Shown piece by piece: positions 55,921 to 64,000 of a DNA stretch of 64,000 nucleotides. Position numbers and translations under genes: made by a program. Position 1 is the stretch's first letter, and each line of letters begins with the position of its first letter. The notes beneath the pieces were generated by a model that made no database searches, had not been told where the DNA came from, and saw nothing but the letters and a program-made list of their open reading frames with translations. Source of the stretch: Candidatus Saccharimonadales bacterium (lineage in GTDB: Bacteria > Patescibacteriota > Saccharimonadia > Saccharimonadales > UBA4665); the NCBI GenBank assembly GCA_036388415.1, contig DASVRW010000002.1:353396-417395 (forward strand), read 5' to 3'.

Positions 55921-56481
55921 CTAGCTAAATATTAGGTCTTCATAGATGTCAGTAAATATCTTATGCTCATAAAAACTAGAATTATAATGGGCTTTTGTAA
56001 TGTTCTGTTTTTGGCGGCCAACGAGGAAAGTAGCTGGCACAAGCAGTAGATCGCCGTCAACTTTTGTCTGCGGATAACCCATAGTGAAAGCCGATTTTAG
56101 CCAATATGGGATATCCAGGATGCTTTTGACGGCTGCTTTGGCGGAACCACTGACACCATACTGATCATAAATCTGACGGTCTGGATCTGCCACAATTGAA
56201 TAGGGCGGCGGCAATTGTTGACGGTCATAAATGTTTTTTTTGATATTTTCAGCGCTTGATTGCACGAAAGCAATTACTTCGCAGCCGCTCTTTTTGAGCA
56301 TTGGATACTCCAATGTCAGGCGGTGAAGCGTTAGATTGCACAGTGGACAGCCGGAGTAGCGCAAGAACACTAGCAACACGAAGCCGTCCTTGTATTCAGT
56401 CAACCTCACCTCATTCCCTAAAACGTCGGTAGTTTTGAAGACTGGTGCTGCATCCCCTGCTCGAATTTCTGGCCGCATCAT
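55921..56481 (-). CDS. AhpC/TSA (peroxiredoxin-like) thioredoxin-fold protein
   Basis: VLLVFLRYSGCPLCNLTLHRL is a CxxC motif in a redoxin context. Confidence 0.7.
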   Translation of the reverse strand: MMRPEIRAGDAAPVFKTTDVLGNEVRLTEYKDGFVLLVFLRYSGCPLCNLTLHRLTLEYPMLKKSGCEVIAFVQSSAENIKKNIYDRQQLPPPYSIVADPDRQIYDQYGVSGSAKAAVKSILDIPYWLKSAFTMGYPQTKVDGDLLLVPATFLVGRQKQNITKAHYNSSFYEHKIFTDIYEDLIFS

Positions 56482-56638
56482 TGTATCTCACTATTTTTTG
56501 TATAGTTTACCCATTTCTATTGTACGCTACTAATCTGAGATGCCACTGGCAATATTAAGAGTCAAGGTTGAGTGGTGGCTCAGCTTACTTCACTCACGTC
56601 ATGGGGCAATAATACCGCGTATACGCTTAACATCACAA

Positions 56639-57052
56639 TTAAAACTTGAGCAAAACATACGGTTTTTGTAACGCCACGACAGCGCGCGCTTTTTTGGGAT
56701 GAGTTTTGATCAGATGTGTGTGCTGATGCGCGACAGAGCGCTGGCCGCTGCCGAAGCCGCGGGCGTAGATGTTATAACCCTGTGCTTCGTATTCACCGAG
56801 AATGTTCATAATATCGAGCTTGGCTTCGTCGCTCAGTTCTTGCAACGATGTAACGTGTTTCCGCGGTATAACGAGCAAGTGGTCGACGACATTGCGCATT
56901 TCCCAGACATCATACGACACCCGATTTGGCATAACATATACATGCTCGGTCATGCGTTCAGAACGACCGATAAGATCATCTTCACAAAATGAGCACACGG
57001 CCGGTTTCGGAAAACTTTTATATTGTTGATGGGTTTTGCGGTAATGAAACAC
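56639..57052 (-). CDS. HIT-family nucleotide hydrolase/transferase
   Basis: Histidine triad HQHTHLI near the C-terminus, and an N-terminal C..C. Confidence 0.7.
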   Translation of the reverse strand: MFHYRKTHQQYKSFPKPAVCSFCEDDLIGRSERMTEHVYVMPNRVSYDVWEMRNVVDHLLVIPRKHVTSLQELSDEAKLDIMNILGEYEAQGYNIYARGFGSGQRSVAHQHTHLIKTHPKKARAVVALQKPYVLLKF

Positions 57053-57230
57053 TAATATGTAGTATCACACATCAAACATGAGCATGAAACTCATAAATTA
57101 ATTTTACTGCGGGTATTAGCTTTAATCATTTCATCGCTACTAGTTACCTGCGAAAGATTATCTGTGAAAGATATTACTTCGTGTATATGTGGATGGAAGT
57201 AAAGTAATACAGAACAGTAAGGAGGTAACG

Positions 57231-58148
57231 ATGGCAGACGACAATCAGAGCAAACCACAAGATCAATTCACGATGCAGGATCCGACCAAGCAGTATCCTA
57301 AACCAGATTATCCGGAGCAGCCCCAGGATGCACCTGGCCTCGCCGGTGAGATGACTCCTAGGCCCGACCACGGCGAAAACACTTATCAAGGCTTTGGCAG
57401 ACTAAAGGGCCGCCGGGCAATCGTAACAGGCGGAGACAGCGGTATCGGCAGAGCGGTGGCCATTGCCTATGCCCGCGAAGGCGCAGACGTGCTCATAGCA
57501 TACTTACCTGAAGAGGAAGCTGACGCTCGTGAAGTCATCGAGCAAATTGAAAAAGCCGGACGTAAGGCCGTTGGCTACGCTGCGGATCTCAGTATCGAAG
57601 CAAACTGCCGGGAACTTATCGACAAGGCCGTACAGGAACTCGGCGGCATCGATATCTTGGTCAATAATGCCGGCAAGCAAGTTGCTGTCGAACAGCTGAG
57701 CGATATATCGACGGAACAGCTGACCAAGACGTATGCTACCAACGTCTTTGCAATGTTCTGGCTCTGCAAGGCTGCCCTGCCGCATTTGCCGGCCGGGGCA
57801 ACTATCATTAATACCACTTCAATCCAGGCATACCAGCCCTCGCCAACATTGCTTGATTACGCGTCGACCAAAGCCGCTATCGCTAACTTTACGCATGGAT
57901 TCGCGCAGCAAGTCATCAGTAAAGGCATTCGTGTGAACGGTGTGGCGCCAGGACCAATCTGGACGCCTCTGCAGCCAAGCGGTGGCCAGCCCCAGGACAA
58001 AATCCCGAGCTTTGGTGAGCAGGCACCGATTGGCCGGGCTGGTCAACCAGCCGAGCTAGCACCGATCTACGTCTTCCTGGCCAGCCAAGAGTCTAGCTAC
58101 ATTACCGGGGAAATTATGGGCGTAACAGGTGGTCAGCACTTACCATAA
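57231..58148 (+). CDS. SDR-family oxidoreductase (YhxC/YdaD general-stress type)
   Basis: [14 protein letters not shown] and S...Y..TK motifs. ATG 57231 has AAGGAGG upstream. Confidence 0.85.
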   Translation: MADDNQSKPQDQFTMQDPTKQYPKPDYPEQPQDAPGLAGEMTPRPDHGENTYQGFGRLKGRRAIVTGGDSGIGRAVAIAYAREGADVLIAYLPEEEADAREVIEQIEKAGRKAVGYAADLSIEANCRELIDKAVQELGGIDILVNNAGKQVAVEQLSDISTEQLTKTYATNVFAMFWLCKAALPHLPAGATIINTTSIQAYQPSPTLLDYASTKAAIANFTHGFAQQVISKGIRVNGVAPGPIWTPLQPSGGQPQDKIPSFGEQAPIGRAGQPAELAPIYVFLASQESSYITGEIMGVTGGQHLP

Positions 58149-58156
58149 CCCGCTCG

Positions 58157-59005
58157 TTACGGTCGTCGCATCCGCTTGCGGTAGGGACCAAGCAATTGTC
58201 CGACGACAGCTCGGTATATAGCTGGTACGATTCGGTAGCTCAACCATGAACTATAGACATACCACTGCGTAAATATAACCGGCTTATTGCGCTGTGTACC
58301 GCGCAGGATTTTGCGAACTGCTTTGTCGGGCTGGATCATGTAGGCACTTTTCTGAAGCAATTTTTTAGCTTCGGCTTTGTCCGTTTTGCTGTATATGCCA
58401 GTATCATAGATTGGCGTATCGACTAAGCCGGGCGTAACGGCGCTGACTTTGACACCTAGGCTTTTACCTTCTAGGCGCAGCGCCTCAGACAAGCCAGTTA
58501 TGGCAAACTTTGATGCGCTGTACACCCCCATTAGTGGCAGCGGAAATAGCCCAGCACCCGATGAGAAATTAATGATATGCCCTGATTTTTGCTTCGACAT
58601 AATGCGGTAAGCGTAGAAGCTACAGTACGACGTCCCCAGTACGTTGGTTGTCAGTATTTTCTGTACATCTTCTATGGCATGGTCGCGGATTTCACCGCCC
58701 ATGATGATACCAGCAGAGTTGAAGGCATAATCCAGCCGGCCATGACGCTGCATAATTGCCGCGAAGAAACGTTCGCAGTCCTCAGGCTTGCCGATATCAA
58801 TCGGGGTGTAGCTGACAGCTGCACCTGACGCAGCCAGCTCAGCTACCAGACTCTCAGCCGGGACAGGATTGCGGGCACCGATAATCACGGTTGCACCCTG
58901 TGCGGAGAGTTGCCGGACGAGCTCAGCGCCCATGCCGGACGAACCGCCGGTAACTGAAACGATTTTGTCCTTGAAAAATGTATTCATAGCTATAGTGTAG
59001 TCCAA
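58157..59005 (-). CDS. SDR-family oxidoreductase
   Basis: VTGGSSGMG, NSAG and YSASK motifs. Confidence 0.8.
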   Translation of the reverse strand: MDYTIAMNTFFKDKIVSVTGGSSGMGAELVRQLSAQGATVIIGARNPVPAESLVAELAASGAAVSYTPIDIGKPEDCERFFAAIMQRHGRLDYAFNSAGIIMGGEIRDHAIEDVQKILTTNVLGTSYCSFYAYRIMSKQKSGHIINFSSGAGLFPLPLMGVYSASKFAITGLSEALRLEGKSLGVKVSAVTPGLVDTPIYDTGIYSKTDKAEAKKLLQKSAYMIQPDKAVRKILRGTQRNKPVIFTQWYVYSSWLSYRIVPAIYRAVVGQLLGPYRKRMRRP

Positions 59006-59045
59006 CTATCGACAGTTATATAGTCGTCGTTACGGGCGCCGCCTA

Positions 59046-59300
59046 TTAGGCTGCGAGTCCGAGTTCCTGCTTGAACTTTGCCTGGTTGAAGCCGGTCATT
59101 TTGACCTGAGTGCCATCATCTTTATCGATAACCGTGAACGGTACACTAATCATACCGTCGTTGATTGACATAAACTCGATCATCGCTTCACCGTCTTCGT
59201 CAGTGATCTTGGACGTGTAGGCAATGTCTTGTTTGTCGAGCCAGCCTTTCAGCATGTGACACTCTGCGCAGTTAGCGGTCGAAAAAATTGTTATATTCAT
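59046..59300 (-). CDS. NrdH/glutaredoxin-like small redoxin (CAEC), paralogue of 38641-38889
   Basis: ITIFSTANCAECHMLKGWL ... VPFTVIDKDD ... GFNQAKF aligns by eye with the other redoxin. Confidence 0.7.
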   Translation of the reverse strand: MNITIFSTANCAECHMLKGWLDKQDIAYTSKITDEDGEAMIEFMSINDGMISVPFTVIDKDDGTQVKMTGFNQAKFKQELGLAA

Positions 59301-59317
59301 GTGGTTCTCCTTATTTA

Positions 59318-61042
59318 TTAACTTCCGAATGTAAACACGTTCAGTTCGATACCGGCTGGGACTTCCAGCTCAAGCATACCGTCTTTATCAAATTTTGGAT
59401 ATGATATGAGGCGATACAAACGATTTTCGCCGATTTCTACCTGGCTGCCACGGACATCTTTGCCAGCGTTATTGCTGGCATCAACTGGCTTTCCATCGAG
59501 TGTCAGCTTGATCGATTGCTTACTTGCCGATCCTGCAACCAGATAGACGTCTTTCCCAGCAACTCGAAATTGCAGTTTGCTCGGCGCACCAGCTGTACCA
59601 CGGGCTATGATTTTTTCTGACTGGACTTCCCAGGCGCCGCTGAGCGACCAGTAATTTTGTTTGAGGGGACCATCGGCTGCAAACGTGCTGTTTGCGCCTG
59701 CCGCGCCGAGCGCTGGCTTGCCGCCAAAGTTACTGCTGCGCTTACTGCCTAGGTAGGTTTCGGGTGTTTCCATCGTGCTGGATGGCACTTTTTCGCTGCC
59801 GCTGGTAAACATCTTGGTTGGCAGCTTGGCGCCAGCTTCTTCGAGCAGTACCCGGATAGCTTGCTCGGTCTGCATGTACTGGCCTTCGCCGTAGTGAACA
59901 CGGCGGACTTTGCCGTTACTATCGATCAGATAGTTAGATGGCCAGTACTGGTTTTCGTATGCTCCCCAGGTAGCAAAGTCATTATCGAGTGCTACTGGAT
60001 AGGTAATCCCGGCTTCGCGGACGGCTTTTTGAACGTTTGCCGGCACGCGCTCAAAGGCGAACTCTGGTGCATGGGCCCCGATCACGACCAGCCCGCTGTC
60101 TTTGTAGGTCTCATACCAACCTTGAATGTTCGGTGTCGCACGAATACAGTTGATGCAGCTGTAAGTCCAGAAATCCAGTAGTACGACTTTGTTTTCAGCC
60201 TGCAGCTTCTTGAGCGTCAGCGGCTGGCTGTTGATCCAATCCTGCAAACCAACTAGTTCCGGTGCGTCGTACGGCGTGACATTCAGGACTTTACTCTTAT
60301 CAATCTTTGCGCCGCTCTGCGGTATTAGCTTGGCGCTCAGTGCATCAAATTTGAATGGTGTGTGCTCTGATACGTAAGTCTGTACTTTTACAGCTGACCC
60401 GGTAAACACCAGTAGTCCAACGAGAATAAATATGATTGCAAGCGTGCGCTGGAAGATACCCTTTGGGTTACTGGCAAATTTGATGCGTCCAATAAACTGC
60501 TGGCCATAATATCCAATGATAAGGAGGATTAAGCTCAAACCAACAACGTAAGCAGCAATATAGGTCATCGCGACACCGAAGTTAGCCGGTAGTACGGTTG
60601 CTAGTATATAGCCGTAGAACGGACTACAGCTGGAGAATACCGGGCCGAGTGCTGCACCAGTAATTATAGGTCCGATGAGTGAACTTTTTGATTTAAATCC
60701 TTTACCGAGAAGCTGTTGAGCTTTGTGCTCCAGTCCAATTTTGTTGACGATCCGGGCGTAGACAGCTGGGAATAAGGCTAATAGCCCAAGGACGATAATG
60801 ATAGATCCTGAGAAGTAGTTGATGTACTCCGGCGGAATGTTGACGAATAAGGTCGTAACCTTCAAAAGTAAGGTAAAGATAATCAATGAGATCGCCAGCG
60901 AGACAGCTATGACAATCGGACGTTTTTTATCCTTAGCTCCACCCGAGACCGATCCGCCGATAATAATCGGCAGCAGCGGCAATACACAGGGCGCAAGCAC
61001 AGTGAGTACGCCAGCGACGAAAGCTCCAAGGAGTAACAACAT
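59318..61042 (-). CDS. dipZ: DipZ-like protein: CcdA/DsbD membrane domain + TlpA-like thioredoxin domain + C-terminal beta domain
   Basis: TM domain with LAPCVLPLLP, then LLDFWTYSCINCIR (CxxC) and a roughly 150-aa C-terminal extension. Confidence 0.8.
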   Translation of the reverse strand: MLLLLGAFVAGVLTVLAPCVLPLLPIIIGGSVSGGAKDKKRPIVIAVSLAISLIIFTLLLKVTTLFVNIPPEYINYFSGSIIIVLGLLALFPAVYARIVNKIGLEHKAQQLLGKGFKSKSSLIGPIITGAALGPVFSSCSPFYGYILATVLPANFGVAMTYIAAYVVGLSLILLIIGYYGQQFIGRIKFASNPKGIFQRTLAIIFILVGLLVFTGSAVKVQTYVSEHTPFKFDALSAKLIPQSGAKIDKSKVLNVTPYDAPELVGLQDWINSQPLTLKKLQAENKVVLLDFWTYSCINCIRATPNIQGWYETYKDSGLVVIGAHAPEFAFERVPANVQKAVREAGITYPVALDNDFATWGAYENQYWPSNYLIDSNGKVRRVHYGEGQYMQTEQAIRVLLEEAGAKLPTKMFTSGSEKVPSSTMETPETYLGSKRSSNFGGKPALGAAGANSTFAADGPLKQNYWSLSGAWEVQSEKIIARGTAGAPSKLQFRVAGKDVYLVAGSASKQSIKLTLDGKPVDASNNAGKDVRGSQVEIGENRLYRLISYPKFDKDGMLELEVPAGIELNVFTFGS

Positions 61043-61190
61043 GTTGATTACCTATATCCAATTTCTGAGGTTAATGTCGGGTTAATAGTTGTGTGAGACT
61101 TGTTTTTTATTTCAATTAGAAATGGGAGGCTTCCCCACCCCGCTGCATATGGTGATGCGCTGGGTGAAGAAGCCGAATCCGAGACTGCTA

Positions 61191-61826
61191 CTAGCTAGCC
61201 ATCAACACGTTGTCAATAACGTGTGTGACGCCGTTGCTTGAGATAACATCGGCAGTTTCAATAGTAACTGCGTTGCCCTTAGCATCTTTGATTTTCAGTT
61301 CGTTGTTTTCCATGACAGGAGTCAATATGCCACCCTGTACGGATGTTAAGGTTTCACCCTTTGAAGCCATAGCTGTCAAGTCAGCACTGGTATATGTACC
61401 AGATACGACGTGGTAGGTAAGAATGCTGGTAAGCATTTCCTTGTTCTCTGGCTTCAGGAGCGTATCTACTGTTCCAGCAGGAAGCTTATCGAATGCACCG
61501 TTGTTTGGAGCGAAGACGGTGAATGGACCTGGCCCCTTCAGTGTGTCGACGAGTCCGGCAGCTTTAACGGCTGCAACGACAGTTGTAACGTTTTTGGCGT
61601 TGACTGCGTTATCGACGATGTCTTTAGTACGTACCATCTTAGCACCACCGACGAGTACGCCATCGCTCTCAGCACTGGCTGTGTTGGCGTTTTGGCCTGT
61701 TGTCATTGATGCGTTCGATGAACCATCTGTTTTGTTATTACCCATGCTATAACCGATACCGCCACCGACGAGTAAACCGACGACGAGGGTTACGATTGCT
61801 ATTCCTGTTTTATTTCCTGAGTCCAT
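61191..61826 (-). CDS. Membrane-anchored fasciclin (FAS1) domain protein
   Basis: FTVFAPNNGAFDKLPAGTVDTLL...LTYHVVSG...VTHVIDNVL. Confidence 0.85.
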   Translation of the reverse strand: MDSGNKTGIAIVTLVVGLLVGGGIGYSMGNNKTDGSSNASMTTGQNANTASAESDGVLVGGAKMVRTKDIVDNAVNAKNVTTVVAAVKAAGLVDTLKGPGPFTVFAPNNGAFDKLPAGTVDTLLKPENKEMLTSILTYHVVSGTYTSADLTAMASKGETLTSVQGGILTPVMENNELKIKDAKGNAVTIETADVISSNGVTHVIDNVLMAS

Positions 61827-61926
61827 ATGACCCTCCTTCTTTAGTTACCGTTTAGTTCACTTTACAAAGTAAACCTTTTACTATACTATTATGTGGTGCC
61901 CCCAAAGTCAAGTAAAATAGAAGAGT

Positions 61927-62367
61927 ATGGATATTAGCAACATTACTACCTACCAATCAGGTGTCGCCCAGTCATCAGCTTATCGTAATCTACATAAGCT
62001 CTTTTCGAAGTTTCTGAAAGACTATGACCTCACCTGCATGCAATGGTTCGTACTTGGTACTATATATGACAGCGGGCCTGGTGGTATTCAATTGTCCAAA
62101 TTAGCCACCAAGCTGCAAACCGGCCTGCCCTTTATAACGAATATCATTAATCTTCTTGAATCGAAAAGTATGGTCGTGCGCCGCGAAAGCGAGACAGACA
62201 GCCGTGCTAAATTCGTATCAATAGCACCCGACTACCGTAAAGAATGCCAGCAAATTGAAATCGACCTCCGTACCAAACTACGCTCGTCAATTTATGCTGA
62301 TATTACTCCTGATGACCTTATCATATACATCAAAGTGCTGTATCAGCTGAGCGCTATTCAAAAATAG
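61927..62367 (+). CDS. MarR-family transcriptional regulator
   Basis: 146 aa with a winged-HTH pattern (LTCMQWFVLGTIY...QLSKLA..L......ITNIINLLESKSMVVR). Confidence 0.75.
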   Translation: MDISNITTYQSGVAQSSAYRNLHKLFSKFLKDYDLTCMQWFVLGTIYDSGPGGIQLSKLATKLQTGLPFITNIINLLESKSMVVRRESETDSRAKFVSIAPDYRKECQQIEIDLRTKLRSSIYADITPDDLIIYIKVLYQLSAIQK

Positions 62368-62385
62368 GCTATTGTTTCCGTTTGA

Positions 62386-63522
62386 TCAGCCGATAAAGTC
62401 TGTTTGTTCAGATGGTCGCTCGGTGCGCTGTTCCTGGTGTATCACATAGGTGATAAGTAGCAATATTGCCAGGTTGAACGCGAATCCAGGCAAAGCGTCA
62501 AATTCGATACGTGAAAATACGAAGAATTCAGTCAAAAACAAATTTATAAGTGTCGCACGGCGAAAATATTCGAAGGCTTTCAATCTCGATTTCTTCAGGT
62601 AGAATGCACCGTAGACGATAACGGCTGCGGCAACGAGGGACGATACGAACTGTCCAATCAACAAACCGACCCCGTACGTCACCTTGCCGGAGAAAACCTG
62701 TGCAATGTCATCCAGGTTTATAAATGCGTTGGCCGCAACCGCAATCACGAAAATAGCAGCTTCAGCGATGAAGAAAATACGTACAAGTAATCGAGTATTA
62801 CGCTTCCGCCAAAAGGTAACGTACATCGCATCCAGCTTGGCTAGTACTCTCCGCAACATACGCGGCTGTGTTTCTGGCACCAGATCAATGCTTTCGAGCA
62901 GCTGCTGCAAATGCGTCGTGATAACACTGCGCCGATTCGCATGAGCTAGCAGCGTATGCGCTCGCTTTTTTTCAAGTGGGTCCATATCGTGCAGAATAGC
63001 TTCCTCCAGCTGTGCCATCGCATTCAGCTGGTATTCGCGCGAGGTAAGCTTTTGCTTTCGTCCAAGAAAGTTAAAGGTCAAATACAAAATAATGAATATT
63101 GCATAAATAATGCCGACTGCCGGACGGTAAAAGTAGTTATTGTCGCTGGTAATGAACTTACCGATTTCATCGATAAAGATTCCAAATCCAATTCCTCCCA
63201 GCAGCGCCGATAGCCGCTGCACGCGCAGACCCAGAAACGCCAAGCTGATTGTAATGCTTGCCAGCATAAATAGGCCGCCGAACAACATATGGCCAATATG
63301 CAGTCCGTTGCCGCCGATCTGCGGATAATTGGCCACTGCCAGGAAAAACCTGGTCAGCAGCAGACTGCCGATGGCGGAAATAAGGAAAATATCAAGCTGT
63401 TCGCGCGCTCGAACGTTCCGGTAAAAGAGTTGTTGTTTCATGAAGGTAATACTAGTATAACGCACCATGACAAGTGCTACGGTTTTGAGACGTATTGATT
63501 GCCGCGTATATAAAACCGCCAT
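62386..63522 (-). CDS. Hypothetical polytopic membrane protein
   Basis: 378-aa hydrophobic ORF. The true start is probably internal (for example ATG 63441), because the track start overlaps mpg by 46 nt. Confidence 0.5.
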   Translation of the reverse strand: MAVLYTRQSIRLKTVALVMVRYTSITFMKQQLFYRNVRAREQLDIFLISAIGSLLLTRFFLAVANYPQIGGNGLHIGHMLFGGLFMLASITISLAFLGLRVQRLSALLGGIGFGIFIDEIGKFITSDNNYFYRPAVGIIYAIFIILYLTFNFLGRKQKLTSREYQLNAMAQLEEAILHDMDPLEKKRAHTLLAHANRRSVITTHLQQLLESIDLVPETQPRMLRRVLAKLDAMYVTFWRKRNTRLLVRIFFIAEAAIFVIAVAANAFINLDDIAQVFSGKVTYGVGLLIGQFVSSLVAAAVIVYGAFYLKKSRLKAFEYFRRATLINLFLTEFFVFSRIEFDALPGFAFNLAILLLITYVIHQEQRTERPSEQTDFIG

Positions 63523-64000
63523 GGCACGTCCTGAGCCTGTTTGATACCAATCCGGGTCGTCTGTACAATGCGGTCAGGCGACACGGGGTCTTGCACCTCA
63601 AGCTGCAGCGGAGTAGTGCGTAGGTCATGCCCGTTCAGGGCTTTATCGATCCGCATCGCCTGACACAGTTTGGCCGGGCCATTTGTCATGTCCAGTCCGG
63701 TTCTGCCCCGCCGGTTTTGTGCTAATATATCTATCCCCTCTATTGGTTCAACGGCACGTATTAGCACGGCCGCCCCCTGCCCTACAGCTCCTGTCACGAC
63801 ATTGCAGCAATAATGCATGCCGTACGTAAAGTAGACATACAAATGCCCCGGCGGGCCGAACATAATCGCAGTTCGTGGTGTCACCCCGCGGTAGCTATGG
63901 CTGGCGGCATCGGTTTGGTTGTAGGCTTCAGTTTCGACGATACGGCTCACGACCTTTTTACCATTCAGCTCGCGTATCAGAATACAGCCGAGTAGACGCC
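63477..64000 (-). CDS. mpg: DNA-3-methyladenine glycosylase (Mpg/AAG family), N-terminus off the right window edge
   Basis: RIVETEAY...D.ASH...G.T.R...MFGPPGHLYVYFTYGMH.C.NVV. The frame stays open upstream of the track start (..RLLGCILIRELNGKKVVSRIVE) to position 64000. Confidence 0.85.
   Translation of the reverse strand, partial: RLLGCILIRELNGKKVVSRIVETEAYNQTDAASHSYRGVTPRTAIMFGPPGHLYVYFTYGMHYCCNVVTGAVGQGAAVLIRAVEPIEGIDILAQNRRGRTGLDMTNGPAKLCQAMRIDKALNGHDLRTTPLQLEVQDPVSPDRIVQTTRIGIKQAQDVPWRFYIRGNQYVSKP

Noticed and set aside
1-64000. Whether the repeats form a CRISPR array, and whether any tRNA, rRNA, transposase or integrase is present.
   Set aside because: The repeats are 130 nt long, self-complementary, in both orientations and 4-20 kb apart, so they are not a CRISPR array. 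No cas-like genes are present. Scanning every gap over 100 nt by eye showed no tRNA cloverleaf or T-loop GTTCGAATC-type motif and no rRNA-like stretch. tRNAscan/Infernal should still be run.

Overview
This is a densely coding ~64-kb chromosomal segment with about 70 CDS and a background GC near 48-50% by hand counts. I found no rRNA, tRNA, CRISPR array, integrase or transposase. The content is mostly housekeeping:
- clpC, nusA, rplS, rnhB, dnaE, gatCAB, uvrB, pheST, rmuC and mpg.
- A long single-strand run of sugar-phosphate genes: gap, rpiB, an rpe-like gene, split transketolase, class II aldolase and a PfkB kinase.
- Two thiol-redox clusters: trxB with an NrdH-like redoxin, and a DipZ-like protein with a redoxin and a fasciclin protein.

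Split transketolase, many tiny membrane ORFs, tight ATGA gene overlaps and an isolated pilB suggest a reduced-genome bacterium. Patescibacteria/CPR, possibly Saccharibacteria-like, is my inference only; I cannot confirm it without searches. clpC and mpg run off the window edges and are therefore missing from the ORF track.

Most notable observations:
1. A four-copy ~130-nt long-hairpin intergenic repeat family whose copies differ by compensatory changes in both arms.
2. Small accessory genes translationally coupled inside essential operons: a membrane protein with a HEPN-like Rx4H motif between gatA and gatB, a MazG-like gene between pheS and pheT, and two micro-ORFs between the transketolase halves.
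3. A ~58% GC ORF for a PH-like membrane protein, and a dipZ-fasciclin linkage mirroring the mycobacterial mpt70/dipZ/mpt83 locus. Both are compatible with exchange with Actinobacteria.
4. Candidate leaderless promoters, operator palindromes and a possible micro-gene or sRNA unit in an AT-rich gap.

All functional calls rest on motif recognition by eye, not on database searches.
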